DNA of 64,000 bases from TPA_inf: Saccharomyces (GCA_000146045.2 BK006941.2:352001-416000); one strand, 5' to 3'; shown: positions 25,609-36,732, counted from the stretch's first letter. A program made the numbers and translations. Notes: generated by a model from the sequence alone, not told the origin.

Positions 25609-27582
25609 ATGAGGTCAGGCGATGCAGAGATTAAAGGAATTAAGCCCAAAGTTATTGAGGAATATTCTTTATCTCAGGGAAGTGGTCCTTCCAACGATTC
25701 ATGGAAAAGTTTAATGTCGTCCGCGAAGGACACTCCTTTGCAGTATGATCACATGAATCGCGAAAGTCTAAAAAAATACTTCAATCCGAATGCACAACTC
25801 ATTGAAGATCCTTTGGATAAACCGATTCAGTATAGAGTGTGCGAAAAATGTGGGAAACCCTTAGCTTTGACAGCAATTGTAGACCACTTAGAAAACCATT
25901 GTGCGGGAGCATCTGGAAAAAGTAGCACAGATCCAAGAGATGAGAGTACTAGGGAAACGATACGAAATGGAGTAGAATCAACTGGGAGAAATAATAACGA
26001 CGATGACAATAGCAATGATAATAACAATGATGATGATGATGATGACGATAACGACGACAACGAAGATGATGATGACGCTGATGATGACGACGATAATTCC
26101 AATGGTGCCAATTACAAGAAGAATGACTCTTCTTTTAACCCTTTGAAAAGATCCACATCTATGGAATCTGCGAACACACCAAATATGGACACGAAAAGAT
26201 CGAAAACTGGGACTCCTCAAACCTTCAGCTCTTCCATAAAAAAACAAAAGAAAGTCAAACAAAGAAACCCAACTGAAAAGCATTTAATTGATTTCAACAA
26301 ACAGTGTGGTGTAGAGTTGCCGGAAGGTGGTTACTGTGCACGTTCGCTGACATGTAAGTCCCATTCAATGGGTGCAAAGAGGGCTGTCTCTGGTCGTTCC
26401 AAGCCCTACGACGTCTTGCTAGCAGATTATCATAGAGAACATCAAACAAAAATTGGTGCAGCTGCTGAGAAACGTGCTAAGCAACAAGAATTACAAAAAT
26501 TACAAAAGCAGATACAAAAAGAGCAGAAAAAACATACTCAGCAACAGAAACAAGGTCAAAGGTCTAAGCAAAGAAATGTGAATGGTGGGAAATCAGCCAA
26601 AAATGGTGGTAAGAGTACTGTACACAATGGTAACAATATCAATGAGATAGGACACGTTAACCTAACTCCTGAAGAGGAAACAACACAGGTTCTAAATGGG
26701 GTATCCCGATCTTTCCCACTGCCACTAGAGTCAACGGTACTATCGTCAGTTAGATACAGGACTAAATATTTTAGAATGAGGGAAATGTTTGCTTCCTCCT
26801 TTTCTGTGAAACCAGGATATACATCTCCAGGTTACGGTGCGATCCATTCTCGTGTAGGATGCTTGGATTTGGATAGAACAACAGATTACAAATTTCGTGT
26901 TAGGACTCCACAGCCAATTAATCACCTCACAAACCAAAACCTCAATCCGAAACAAATACAAAGACTACAACAACAGAGAGCTCTACAGGCTCAGCTTCTT
27001 TCTCAACAACAGCAACAGCAGCAACAGCAGCAGCAACATCACTCACCCCAAGCGCAGGCCCAGGCCAGTACCCAACAACCTACTCAAGGTATGGTGCCCA
27101 ATCATTTCCCCGGCGGGGCAACGAATTCATCATTTAATGCCAATGTGTCGAGCAAGCAAATTCAGCAGCAGCAGCAGCAGCAGCAGCACAAGTCTCAAGA
27201 CACAGGTCTCACGCCGCTGGAGATACAATCACAACAACAAAAACTACGACAACAACAACTACAACAACAGAAGTTTGAAGCTGCTGCTTCATATTTAGCC
27301 AACGCTACCAAATTAATGCAAGAATCAAATCAAGATAGCCATTTATCTGGCACCCACAACAATAATAGTAGTAAAAACGGTAACAATAACCTCATGACGA
27401 TGAAAGCCTCCATAAGCTCTCCCAATACTAGCGTAAATAGTATCCAATCTCCCCCTAGTGTCAACAGCGTCAATGGCTCCGGGCAAGGTGTATCTACCGG
27501 TATTAATGTCTCTGGCAATAACGGGAGAATTGAAGTAGGTATTGGAAATTCTGTGAACCCCTACAATGGCAGAATAAATTAA
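25609..27582 (+). CDS. SGF73: SAGA/SLIK deubiquitination-module subunit, ataxin-7 orthologue, 657 aa. It has a SCA7 Zn-finger, a poly-Asp/Asn acidic tract and two poly-Gln tracts.
   Basis: 657-aa ORF. It has an N-terminal C2H2-like CEKCGKPL...HLENHC and a SCA7-type [22 protein letters not shown]. (GAT/GAC)n at about 26020-26100 encodes poly-D. (CAG/CAA)n at about 27004-27038 and 27164-27188 encode [11 protein letters not shown]. Confidence 0.9.
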   Translation: MRSGDAEIKGIKPKVIEEYSLSQGSGPSNDSWKSLMSSAKDTPLQYDHMNRESLKKYFNPNAQLIEDPLDKPIQYRVCEKCGKPLALTAIVDHLENHCAGASGKSSTDPRDESTRETIRNGVESTGRNNNDDDNSNDNNNDDDDDDDNDDNEDDDDADDDDDNSNGANYKKNDSSFNPLKRSTSMESANTPNMDTKRSKTGTPQTFSSSIKKQKKVKQRNPTEKHLIDFNKQCGVELPEGGYCARSLTCKSHSMGAKRAVSGRSKPYDVLLADYHREHQTKIGAAAEKRAKQQELQKLQKQIQKEQKKHTQQQKQGQRSKQRNVNGGKSAKNGGKSTVHNGNNINEIGHVNLTPEEETTQVLNGVSRSFPLPLESTVLSSVRYRTKYFRMREMFASSFSVKPGYTSPGYGAIHSRVGCLDLDRTTDYKFRVRTPQPINHLTNQNLNPKQIQRLQQQRALQAQLLSQQQQQQQQQQQHHSPQAQAQASTQQPTQGMVPNHFPGGATNSSFNANVSSKQIQQQQQQQQHKSQDTGLTPLEIQSQQQKLRQQQLQQQKFEAAASYLANATKLMQESNQDSHLSGTHNNNSSKNGNNNLMTMKASISSPNTSVNSIQSPPSVNSVNGSGQGVSTGINVSGNNGRIEVGIGNSVNPYNGRIN

Positions 27583-27759
27583 TTGAATCATGCACGTTAT
27601 CCAGCATGTTCACGAAGTGAGTAATAAAAAATTATTCGCCGAAGTAACATGTACACGTCTATGTTTGTGGACAAGTTACGCTATTTGCATTTAGAGATTT
27701 CTTCTCCAATGTAAATTATTTTTTCTTCGGGGGGTATACATTATTTATTTAAGTAGACA

Positions 27760-29271
27760 TTATATTTCTTCATAAGGGTAGGAGAGAGCGAATACAAATG
27801 CCCAGTAAATTCCCCATAAGTAGTTCTTAAAATATAATACCATAAAAGTGGCCATAAATAGGAAGGGCCATGGATTATTGGGTAGAATTTTTATAAATGC
27901 CATATGCAAAATAAAATTAGAGAATGAAATACCGAATATTTCCCAAGGATAATACTTTTTTTCTTTCCATATGACTTTCTCGACGTTTTCTTCAAATGAC
28001 TGAGTCATTGCTTCCCTAGAAAAGTATTTCTTGACTCTTAGCGGGCCATTCCTCTCAAAGTTCACAGAACCGTTCTGCAAGATCTTTCTGCTTTCATCAA
28101 TTGCAGTAGCCCATTGAATAGGGACGGCAGGTTTTAGCCACCCAGTGGCAGAACTTTCATTTTCACCAGCAACGTAAGATTTGATAGTCTCCAAAGGACC
28201 TCCATTGTTTACTGCTAGTACAGGCTTACCTAATTTCATGGCTTCTAAAGGAACAATACCAAAGTGCTCATATGCTGGTGTATACAATAACATTTCGGTT
28301 CTTTCGAGCAGTAATTCTTTCAGAGATGATGAAATGGAAGTTAAAAATATAATTTTACTATTATTGGTTTTGAATGACTCTAAATCGGAGACGCGCTTTA
28401 TTTCTTGGTAGTATATGGTTGTATGGGATAATTCGTATTCATCGGCCAGAGACTGTAGTTCCTTCAAGTACTCCACATTTTCTGCAACCCTCTCGTCATA
28501 ACCACCGCAAATAACTAACTTAACGTTGTCATTGATTTGATCTTCAGATAACGCAAAAGCCTTTATAGCCAGCGCAACATCCTTTTTTTTCTCAAAACGA
28601 TTTATACTTAGGTAAAATCTATCGCCTTCGTTAAACACTGTTTTGAAAAATTTCTTGTCAATATCTTCAATTTCGATTGTTGATAAATCCACGCATGGAT
28701 AAATGACGTCTGGATCATTGGATAAATACTTGAACGTTTGGTGGAACGTATTCTTAGTGAAATTTGAATTTACCACAACAGTATCGGCAGCACTCACGGA
28801 AAACTGTTCTATTAAGTCAAATGGTAGTCTGTATATTTTCTTCAATAGCCCAGCTCTTTGAGCCAATAATTGGTCGGGGAAATGACAATAAAACATCAAA
28901 GTGGCAGAACTAAAGATATGCAGAAGCGGAATACATGTAGACAGTTGATCAATGATAATTAATTGGTACGCATTCACTTTTTTCTGTAGGATCAATTGAA
29001 TAACTAAATAAAGCTGTCTAATTGTTGCGAAAACAATAAAAAAACGACCCAAAAAGTTTGTCGGTAAAAAATCACCATAAACTTCGACTTTTAATTGGCC
29101 GTTTTTAACTTCTTCGAAACAATGTGATTTATCACAGTGACTAGTATAGATGATTACACTATGTCCTTGTTGCTGTAGACCTAATGCTGCATCGACGACT
29201 AACCTTTCAGCGCCCCCAATACCTAGGTCTGGATGAATAAAAGCAATCGTTCTTTTATCCTTTTCAATCAT
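27760..29271 (-). CDS. ALG2: Alpha-1,3/1,6-mannosyltransferase of N-glycan precursor synthesis (GT4 family), 503 aa.
   Basis: 503-aa ORF MIEKDKRTIAFIHPDLGIGGAERLVVDAA... It has a GT4 glycosyltransferase fold and a C-terminal hydrophobic anchor. Confidence 0.9.
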   Translation of the reverse strand: MIEKDKRTIAFIHPDLGIGGAERLVVDAALGLQQQGHSVIIYTSHCDKSHCFEEVKNGQLKVEVYGDFLPTNFLGRFFIVFATIRQLYLVIQLILQKKVNAYQLIIIDQLSTCIPLLHIFSSATLMFYCHFPDQLLAQRAGLLKKIYRLPFDLIEQFSVSAADTVVVNSNFTKNTFHQTFKYLSNDPDVIYPCVDLSTIEIEDIDKKFFKTVFNEGDRFYLSINRFEKKKDVALAIKAFALSEDQINDNVKLVICGGYDERVAENVEYLKELQSLADEYELSHTTIYYQEIKRVSDLESFKTNNSKIIFLTSISSSLKELLLERTEMLLYTPAYEHFGIVPLEAMKLGKPVLAVNNGGPLETIKSYVAGENESSATGWLKPAVPIQWATAIDESRKILQNGSVNFERNGPLRVKKYFSREAMTQSFEENVEKVIWKEKKYYPWEIFGISFSNFILHMAFIKILPNNPWPFLFMATFMVLYFKNYLWGIYWAFVFALSYPYEEI

Positions 29272-29522
29272 TTTTGCTTGTCTAATCGACTCTTTTTTAT
29301 CTGTCTTTACTACTGTATCTATTTCGTGACTTCTTAAATGGCGAACGTAATCTTTTGATGTTAAAATGAATACATCATTTATTTTGTTGTTCGCGCGTTC
29401 ATCTAGCCAGGCACTTGTTTATAAAAAAAGAAGCTATACGCAAGGCTCTCGATCTATAAATTGTATCTGTGATTGTGACCCTTTCGTATATATGTTATAA
29501 TATTTACAAGAATATACATTTA

Positions 29523-31208
29523 TCATGATAATCTCTGGTGCTTTTTGATGATCTTTGGAAGAGCTTTAGCCCAAGATTTTGTTTTACTGTCAGTTAGCAT
29601 AAATACGCGGCCGCCCTGTTTCATTCTAGCAGTTCTGCCCACTCGGTGTATCAGGTCTATTGACGTTTTGGGTACATCGTAGAGAACAACATTCCGTACA
29701 CCTTTGAAATTGAGCCCTCTTGCCATGAGGTCGGTGGTTACGAGTACATGCAAAGACTTGTTACTGGGTGCGGTACCATTAGAATTTGTGTTTTTCAATT
29801 TGCCGATGACGATGTTGGAATCAGGAATTTCAAATTTCTTCAAGGAAGTGGGAGGTGAAGTACTCTGAGCAACCACCTCCGAAAGTGGTCGCGGTGGTGA
29901 TAAAAAGGGCATAATTTTCTCGGATCTTTCTTCAAATGTATCTTCACCAGTTAAACCGATGGCATTATGACCGAATTTCTTATTCAATAGGTTAACAATT
30001 TCAGGAACATTCTTTTTTTCGTTAACAAAGATAATGCATCTTTTCTCGAACCCTGGTTCCGTGTCATCATTTGAAATAGCATATAAAGTTTGTGCCAATG
30101 CTTTGATCTTGGATCCCTTGAAAGGACTTAAGGCAGAATTTATAACTTTAAAGTCCAAAGCGAATGGTAACTTATGCAGTCTGGGTGTCATTATAGGAAC
30201 CACTGTAGGAAATAGTCTTTGCATTGTTTTATTAAACTCTTGAGGAATAGTAGCGGAACAGAAAATAAGGTGATTAATGTTAGGAATTCTCTTTATTGCG
30301 GAGTGCGTTTCTTCAAGCCATGACCTATCTAGAAGTGTGTCAGCTTCATCTAGTACTACGAAACCCACTTTGGACAAGACTTTATCAGGTCTAGTTATCA
30401 TTCTTATGGAGAACAGGTTCAGTAGTTTTCCCGGAGTAGTGACTAAAATATCTATTCTATTTTTAATGTTCTCTAATAAATCACGATATGATGTGGCCTT
30501 GTCCCACTTGAAAGAGTTTAAGCCTAACAAGGTTTTCGTCTTGGAAACAGTTTCGTATACTTGGTCAACCAATTCATGCGTAGGCACCAGTATGATGGAC
30601 CGAATCAGAACGTTTTTTCTTAATGTTTCCCATAATTCGGGAGTTTCCAACTCCTGTCTTTTCAAATAGTCTATTAAAGGTATCAAGTAGGCCATGGTCT
30701 TACCTGAACCTGTCTCAGCGGCAATCGCATGTATTTGTAACTTTGGATCCATTAAATTTTTGGATATTCTCTTAATGGCCACTGTTTGAATGGGACTCGG
30801 TATTATATTTTCACTGGTTTTTTTCCTACTATCTTGTAGCTTCAGGGACTCTTTGGAAATGATTTCTTTCACAGCGTCTCTGACAGGTGGAAGTATAAGC
30901 AATTGGTCGAAATTCGATATTTTTTGAATGAGTTTATTCGTACTGTCCATATTCATCTCGACGTCTTTTTTCAATCCACCATACTCTCCAAAGTTGAATG
31001 CTTGGTCAGGGTCATTCTTTTTGTTACCTTTTTTGCCTTTGGCCTTCTGTTTTCGGTTTTTATTACTACTGCCTGTAGGCACTGAAGCTAATGGAGAGTT
31101 TCCTTTATGCTTTGTTCTTGGGCCTCCCGCATAAGAACGCACTCCTATCTTGAGAAGCACGGGGAAAGACCACTGTGGTGAAATTACTGGCTTGAAAAAA
31201 AGCGACAT
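29523..31208 (-). CDS. MRH4: Mitochondrial DEAD-box RNA helicase, 561 aa.
   Basis: 561-aa ORF with an N-terminal presequence. The motifs [15 protein letters not shown] and HRVGRTAR are present. Size and position match YGL064C. Confidence 0.88.
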   Translation of the reverse strand: MSLFFKPVISPQWSFPVLLKIGVRSYAGGPRTKHKGNSPLASVPTGSSNKNRKQKAKGKKGNKKNDPDQAFNFGEYGGLKKDVEMNMDSTNKLIQKISNFDQLLILPPVRDAVKEIISKESLKLQDSRKKTSENIIPSPIQTVAIKRISKNLMDPKLQIHAIAAETGSGKTMAYLIPLIDYLKRQELETPELWETLRKNVLIRSIILVPTHELVDQVYETVSKTKTLLGLNSFKWDKATSYRDLLENIKNRIDILVTTPGKLLNLFSIRMITRPDKVLSKVGFVVLDEADTLLDRSWLEETHSAIKRIPNINHLIFCSATIPQEFNKTMQRLFPTVVPIMTPRLHKLPFALDFKVINSALSPFKGSKIKALAQTLYAISNDDTEPGFEKRCIIFVNEKKNVPEIVNLLNKKFGHNAIGLTGEDTFEERSEKIMPFLSPPRPLSEVVAQSTSPPTSLKKFEIPDSNIVIGKLKNTNSNGTAPSNKSLHVLVTTDLMARGLNFKGVRNVVLYDVPKTSIDLIHRVGRTARMKQGGRVFMLTDSKTKSWAKALPKIIKKHQRLS

Positions 31209-31653
31209 TTGTCTTATTATACTTTAATCTGATCTGAAGAAGTATTTCTACTCATCACTAATATCTATTCCGCTATTATTATAGTTGTAATTTATGATTC
31301 CGTGGTAAGTGATTTGAACTTTTGCTTCCTTTCGAAAATTTCAAGAATATGGTTTGGTTGTGCTGTGCAAGAGCGGTTGTATTGCGAAATAGAACCCATC
31401 GAGAAAAGAAAATGAAAAAGACGGCATTAAAGACTAGCTCTGTTTTAAGACAAATATTTACAGGCCAGAGAATAAAGAGATACTCGTATGTATGAATTGT
31501 AGCCCCTTACACACATATGTATATATATCGATGTGAACATAGCATTTATTAACAGTTCTGCTCAGTACAAATGGTAGTAGTACTAGTGATGAGGTTACTC
31601 CGACACCGTTAACAGCGGTAGTAAAGAGAAGGCCGAGTAAACATAAGGTCGTT

Positions 31654-32766
31654 ATGCTCTTAGGTTACTGTGGCAGCGGATACTATGGAATGCAATACAA
31701 CCCACCACACAAGACGATTGAAGGTGAGATTCTCACCAAGCTCTTCGACGTAGGAGCCATTTCCGAAGAAAATTCATTGGCACCGAAGAAAAATTCCTTT
31801 ATGGCAGCGGCAAGAACAGACAAGGGTGTACACGCTATGTTGAATCTACTGTCGCTAAAGATCACATTGCGAGAGGACACAGTAGCGAAGTTAAACGCCG
31901 CACTACCGCCCGAAATACGCGTGTGGGGTATCCAGCCTGTCAATAAAAAGTTTAATGCTAGATCCGCGTGCGATTCTCGATGGTACCAATACCTTATCCC
32001 AGAATTTATACTCATTGGTCCACCCCGGAGTTCTCTTTTGCATCGAAACGTGGGGGGATGCTACCGCGAAGACGGCTCGCAAGAGGTGTGGGATACGTTC
32101 CTGGAACAGACGCGTGGGAGATTTAGCGGGGATGAGCTGTGCCGTTTGCAGGACACTGCACAGAAACTAAGCGAGAGCGATCCTTTGGTACAAGACTACG
32201 TGGGGCTATTGAGCGGTACCCTTAGCGGCTACTGCTTGTCGCCCTCGAAGCTGGACGCGTTTGAGGCAGCCATGCAGGAGTACGTGGGAACGCATAATTT
32301 TCACAACTTTACCACAGGAAAGCTTTGGGGGGATCCTAGTGCTCAGCGCCATATCAAAAAGGTTGTAGTGTCGCAGGCCTCACCGGGATGGATATGTGTG
32401 CGGATCCACGGGCAGTCGTTTATGTTGCATCAGATTCGACGAATGGTAGCGCTTGCCGTACTTGCAGCCCGTTGCCAATTGCCGCCTAATATTGTACGTA
32501 ACTATTTTAACGCCGGGCCTAGGAAATACATTCCGAGGGCGCCCGCACAAGGCCTATTATTAGAGGGACCTGTGTTTGACGGGTATAACACTAAGTTGCG
32601 CAATTTGCTGTATTGCGAAATCCGCCCGGACGATATCACTCTTGAGCGCATGTGCCGTTTCCGAGAACGCCAGATCTGTACTGCGATCGCACACGAGGAG
32701 ACACAGCGTCACGTGTTTTGCCATTTTGTACGACAAATGAACCGCCTGGCCACGCCTCTAATCTAG
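31654..32766 (+). CDS. PUS2: tRNA pseudouridine synthase (TruA/Pus1 family), 370 aa.
   Basis: 370-aa ORF. It has the TruA-family catalytic aspartate context (AARTDKGVHA). Its GC content is noticeably higher than that of its neighbours. Confidence 0.9.
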   Translation: MLLGYCGSGYYGMQYNPPHKTIEGEILTKLFDVGAISEENSLAPKKNSFMAAARTDKGVHAMLNLLSLKITLREDTVAKLNAALPPEIRVWGIQPVNKKFNARSACDSRWYQYLIPEFILIGPPRSSLLHRNVGGCYREDGSQEVWDTFLEQTRGRFSGDELCRLQDTAQKLSESDPLVQDYVGLLSGTLSGYCLSPSKLDAFEAAMQEYVGTHNFHNFTTGKLWGDPSAQRHIKKVVVSQASPGWICVRIHGQSFMLHQIRRMVALAVLAARCQLPPNIVRNYFNAGPRKYIPRAPAQGLLLEGPVFDGYNTKLRNLLYCEIRPDDITLERMCRFRERQICTAIAHEETQRHVFCHFVRQMNRLATPLI

Positions 32767-32804
32767 CCGCCCAATGTCGCGGGTTGACCCGCGACATTGG
32801 GCGG
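32767..32804. repeat. Perfect 17-bp inverted repeat CCGCCCAATGTCGCGGG / TTGA loop / CCCGCGACATTGGGCGG. It starts 1 nt after the PUS2 stop and lies about 390 bp upstream of the PYC1 ATG.
   Basis: Read directly from the sequence. The arms carry two inverted CCAAT boxes and a central CGG-N6-CCG. Confidence 0.9.
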
Positions 32805-33195
32805 GCAATACTCTCATCTTATTGGCTATTCAACTTAGACAAGCGCCAGTTGCGCGCACAAATTTGGTCATGACCGCTCCACCGGCATGCGTGTCGTCAT
32901 CCCGCATCATTCGGGACATTTTGGCCTTTTCCGCAGTGCGTAGTTGACGTGGGGAGAAAGCTAGTGGGCTGTCGCATATGGTTGGTTTTAGGTGGCGAAA
33001 GTTTCGCCGCGATAGCAATCATGTCCTCGACCTTAATCTCAATGGAATGGGTCATGCTCGGTAAGTGAGTCTCGCTGTATATAAGTATATATGTAATCGC
33101 CTAGTTCGATAGATACAAGGAGGTCTTGAGTATGTAGATAAACGAAAAGAAGATAACAAAAGGAAAATCTCAGCCTCTCCCCTTCCTCTTAGACA

Positions 33196-36100
33196 ATGTC
33201 GCAAAGAAAATTCGCCGGCTTGAGAGATAACTTCAATCTCTTGGGTGAAAAGAACAAAATATTGGTGGCTAATAGAGGAGAAATTCCAATCAGAATTTTT
33301 CGTACCGCTCATGAACTGTCTATGCAGACGGTAGCTATATATTCTCATGAAGATCGTCTTTCAACGCACAAACAAAAGGCTGACGAAGCATACGTCATAG
33401 GTGAAGTAGGCCAATATACCCCCGTCGGCGCTTATTTGGCCATTGACGAAATCATTTCCATTGCCCAAAAACACCAGGTAGATTTCATCCATCCAGGTTA
33501 TGGGTTCTTGTCTGAAAATTCGGAATTTGCCGACAAAGTAGTGAAGGCCGGTATCACTTGGATTGGCCCTCCAGCTGAAGTTATTGACTCCGTGGGTGAT
33601 AAGGTCTCAGCTAGAAACCTGGCAGCAAAAGCTAATGTGCCCACCGTTCCTGGTACACCAGGTCCTATAGAAACTGTAGAGGAAGCACTTGACTTCGTCA
33701 ATGAATACGGCTACCCGGTGATCATTAAGGCCGCCTTTGGTGGTGGTGGTAGAGGTATGAGAGTCGTTAGAGAAGGTGACGACGTGGCAGATGCCTTTCA
33801 ACGTGCTACCTCCGAAGCCCGTACTGCCTTCGGTAATGGTACCTGCTTTGTGGAAAGATTCTTGGACAAGCCAAAGCATATTGAAGTTCAATTGTTGGCC
33901 GATAACCACGGAAACGTGGTTCATCTTTTCGAAAGAGACTGTTCCGTGCAGAGAAGACACCAAAAGGTTGTCGAAGTGGCCCCAGCAAAGACTTTACCCC
34001 GTGAAGTCCGTGACGCCATTTTGACAGATGCAGTTAAATTGGCCAAAGAGTGTGGCTACAGAAATGCGGGTACTGCTGAATTCTTGGTTGATAACCAAAA
34101 TAGACACTATTTCATTGAAATTAATCCAAGAATCCAAGTGGAACATACCATCACAGAAGAAATTACCGGTATAGATATTGTGGCGGCTCAGATCCAAATT
34201 GCGGCAGGTGCCTCTCTACCCCAGCTGGGCCTATTCCAGGACAAAATTACGACTCGTGGCTTTGCCATTCAGTGCCGTATTACCACGGAAGACCCTGCTA
34301 AGAACTTCCAACCAGATACCGGTAGAATAGAAGTGTACCGTTCTGCAGGTGGTAATGGTGTTAGACTGGATGGTGGTAACGCCTATGCAGGAACAATAAT
34401 CTCACCTCATTACGACTCAATGCTGGTCAAATGCTCATGCTCCGGTTCCACCTACGAAATCGTTCGTAGAAAAATGATTCGTGCATTAATCGAGTTCAGA
34501 ATTAGAGGTGTCAAGACCAACATTCCCTTCCTATTGACTCTTTTGACCAATCCAGTATTTATTGAGGGTACATACTGGACGACTTTTATTGACGACACCC
34601 CACAACTGTTCCAAATGGTTTCATCACAAAACAGAGCCCAAAAACTTTTACATTACCTCGCCGACGTGGCAGTCAATGGTTCATCTATCAAGGGTCAAAT
34701 TGGCTTGCCAAAATTAAAATCAAATCCAAGTGTCCCCCATTTGCACGATGCTCAGGGCAATGTCATCAACGTTACAAAGTCTGCACCACCATCCGGATGG
34801 AGGCAAGTGCTACTAGAAAAGGGGCCAGCTGAATTTGCCAGACAAGTTAGACAGTTCAATGGTACTTTATTGATGGACACCACCTGGAGAGACGCTCATC
34901 AATCTCTACTTGCAACAAGAGTCAGAACCCACGATTTGGCTACAATCGCTCCAACAACCGCACATGCCCTTGCAGGTCGTTTCGCCTTAGAATGTTGGGG
35001 TGGTGCCACATTCGATGTTGCAATGAGATTTTTGCATGAGGATCCATGGGAACGTTTGAGAAAATTAAGATCTCTGGTGCCTAATATTCCATTCCAAATG
35101 TTATTGCGTGGTGCCAATGGTGTGGCTTATTCTTCATTGCCTGACAATGCTATTGACCATTTCGTCAAGCAAGCCAAGGATAATGGTGTTGATATATTTA
35201 GAGTCTTTGATGCCTTAAATGACTTGGAACAATTGAAGGTCGGTGTAGATGCTGTGAAGAAGGCAGGTGGTGTTGTAGAAGCCACTGTTTGTTTCTCTGG
35301 GGATATGCTTCAGCCAGGCAAGAAATACAATTTGGATTACTACTTGGAAATTGCTGAAAAAATTGTCCAAATGGGCACTCATATCCTGGGTATCAAAGAT
35401 ATGGCAGGTACCATGAAGCCAGCAGCTGCCAAACTACTGATTGGATCTTTGAGGGCTAAGTACCCTGATCTCCCAATACATGTTCACACTCACGATTCTG
35501 CAGGTACTGCTGTTGCATCAATGACTGCGTGTGCTCTGGCGGGCGCCGATGTCGTTGATGTTGCCATCAACTCAATGTCTGGTTTAACTTCACAACCATC
35601 AATCAATGCTCTGTTGGCTTCATTAGAAGGTAATATTGACACTGGTATTAACGTTGAGCATGTCCGTGAACTAGATGCATATTGGGCAGAGATGAGATTG
35701 TTATACTCTTGTTTCGAGGCTGACTTGAAGGGCCCAGATCCAGAAGTTTATCAACATGAAATCCCAGGTGGTCAATTGACAAACTTGTTGTTTCAAGCCC
35801 AACAATTGGGTCTTGGAGAACAATGGGCCGAAACAAAAAGAGCTTACAGAGAAGCCAATTATTTATTGGGTGATATTGTCAAAGTTACCCCAACTTCGAA
35901 GGTCGTTGGTGATCTGGCACAATTTATGGTCTCCAATAAATTAACTTCCGATGATGTGAGACGCCTGGCTAATTCTTTGGATTTCCCTGACTCTGTTATG
36001 GATTTCTTCGAAGGCTTAATCGGCCAACCATATGGTGGGTTCCCAGAACCATTTAGATCAGACGTTTTAAGGAACAAGAGAAGAAAGTTGACTTGTCGTC

Positions 36101-36732
36101 CAGGCCTGGAACTAGAGCCATTTGATCTCGAAAAAATTAGAGAAGACTTGCAGAATAGATTTGGTGATGTTGATGAGTGCGACGTTGCTTCTTATAACAT
36201 GTACCCAAGAGTTTATGAAGACTTCCAAAAGATGAGAGAAACGTATGGTGATTTATCTGTATTGCCAACAAGAAGCTTTTTGTCTCCACTAGAGACTGAC
36301 GAAGAAATTGAAGTTGTAATCGAACAAGGTAAAACGCTAATTATCAAGCTACAGGCTGTGGGTGATTTGAACAAAAAGACCGGTGAAAGAGAAGTTTACT
36401 TTGATTTGAATGGTGAAATGAGAAAAATTCGTGTTGCTGACAGATCACAAAAAGTGGAAACTGTTACTAAATCCAAAGCAGACATGCATGATCCATTACA
36501 CATTGGTGCACCAATGGCAGGTGTCATTGTTGAAGTTAAAGTTCATAAAGGATCACTAATAAAGAAGGGCCAACCTGTAGCCGTATTAAGCGCCATGAAA
36601 ATGGAAATGATTATATCTTCTCCATCCGATGGACAAGTTAAAGAAGTGTTTGTCTCTGATGGTGAAAATGTGGACTCTTCTGATTTATTAGTTCTATTAG
36701 AAGACCAAGTTCCTGTTGAAACTAAGGCATGA
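33196..36732 (+). CDS. PYC1: Pyruvate carboxylase isoform 1 (biotin carboxylase, carboxyltransferase and biotinyl domains), 1178 aa.
   Basis: 1178-aa ORF. The ATP-grasp biotin carboxylase domain is at the N-terminus. A carboxyltransferase TIM-barrel follows. The biotin attachment motif AMKME is at the C-terminus. Position is between PUS2 and DUO1. Confidence 0.95.
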   Translation: MSQRKFAGLRDNFNLLGEKNKILVANRGEIPIRIFRTAHELSMQTVAIYSHEDRLSTHKQKADEAYVIGEVGQYTPVGAYLAIDEIISIAQKHQVDFIHPGYGFLSENSEFADKVVKAGITWIGPPAEVIDSVGDKVSARNLAAKANVPTVPGTPGPIETVEEALDFVNEYGYPVIIKAAFGGGGRGMRVVREGDDVADAFQRATSEARTAFGNGTCFVERFLDKPKHIEVQLLADNHGNVVHLFERDCSVQRRHQKVVEVAPAKTLPREVRDAILTDAVKLAKECGYRNAGTAEFLVDNQNRHYFIEINPRIQVEHTITEEITGIDIVAAQIQIAAGASLPQLGLFQDKITTRGFAIQCRITTEDPAKNFQPDTGRIEVYRSAGGNGVRLDGGNAYAGTIISPHYDSMLVKCSCSGSTYEIVRRKMIRALIEFRIRGVKTNIPFLLTLLTNPVFIEGTYWTTFIDDTPQLFQMVSSQNRAQKLLHYLADVAVNGSSIKGQIGLPKLKSNPSVPHLHDAQGNVINVTKSAPPSGWRQVLLEKGPAEFARQVRQFNGTLLMDTTWRDAHQSLLATRVRTHDLATIAPTTAHALAGRFALECWGGATFDVAMRFLHEDPWERLRKLRSLVPNIPFQMLLRGANGVAYSSLPDNAIDHFVKQAKDNGVDIFRVFDALNDLEQLKVGVDAVKKAGGVVEATVCFSGDMLQPGKKYNLDYYLEIAEKIVQMGTHILGIKDMAGTMKPAAAKLLIGSLRAKYPDLPIHVHTHDSAGTAVASMTACALAGADVVDVAINSMSGLTSQPSINALLASLEGNIDTGINVEHVRELDAYWAEMRLLYSCFEADLKGPDPEVYQHEIPGGQLTNLLFQAQQLGLGEQWAETKRAYREANYLLGDIVKVTPTSKVVGDLAQFMVSNKLTSDDVRRLANSLDFPDSVMDFFEGLIGQPYGGFPEPFRSDVLRNKRRKLTCRPGLELEPFDLEKIREDLQNRFGDVDECDVASYNMYPRVYEDFQKMRETYGDLSVLPTRSFLSPLETDEEIEVVIEQGKTLIIKLQAVGDLNKKTGEREVYFDLNGEMRKIRVADRSQKVETVTKSKADMHDPLHIGAPMAGVIVEVKVHKGSLIKKGQPVAVLSAMKMEMIISSPSDGQVKEVFVSDGENVDSSDLLVLLEDQVPVETKA

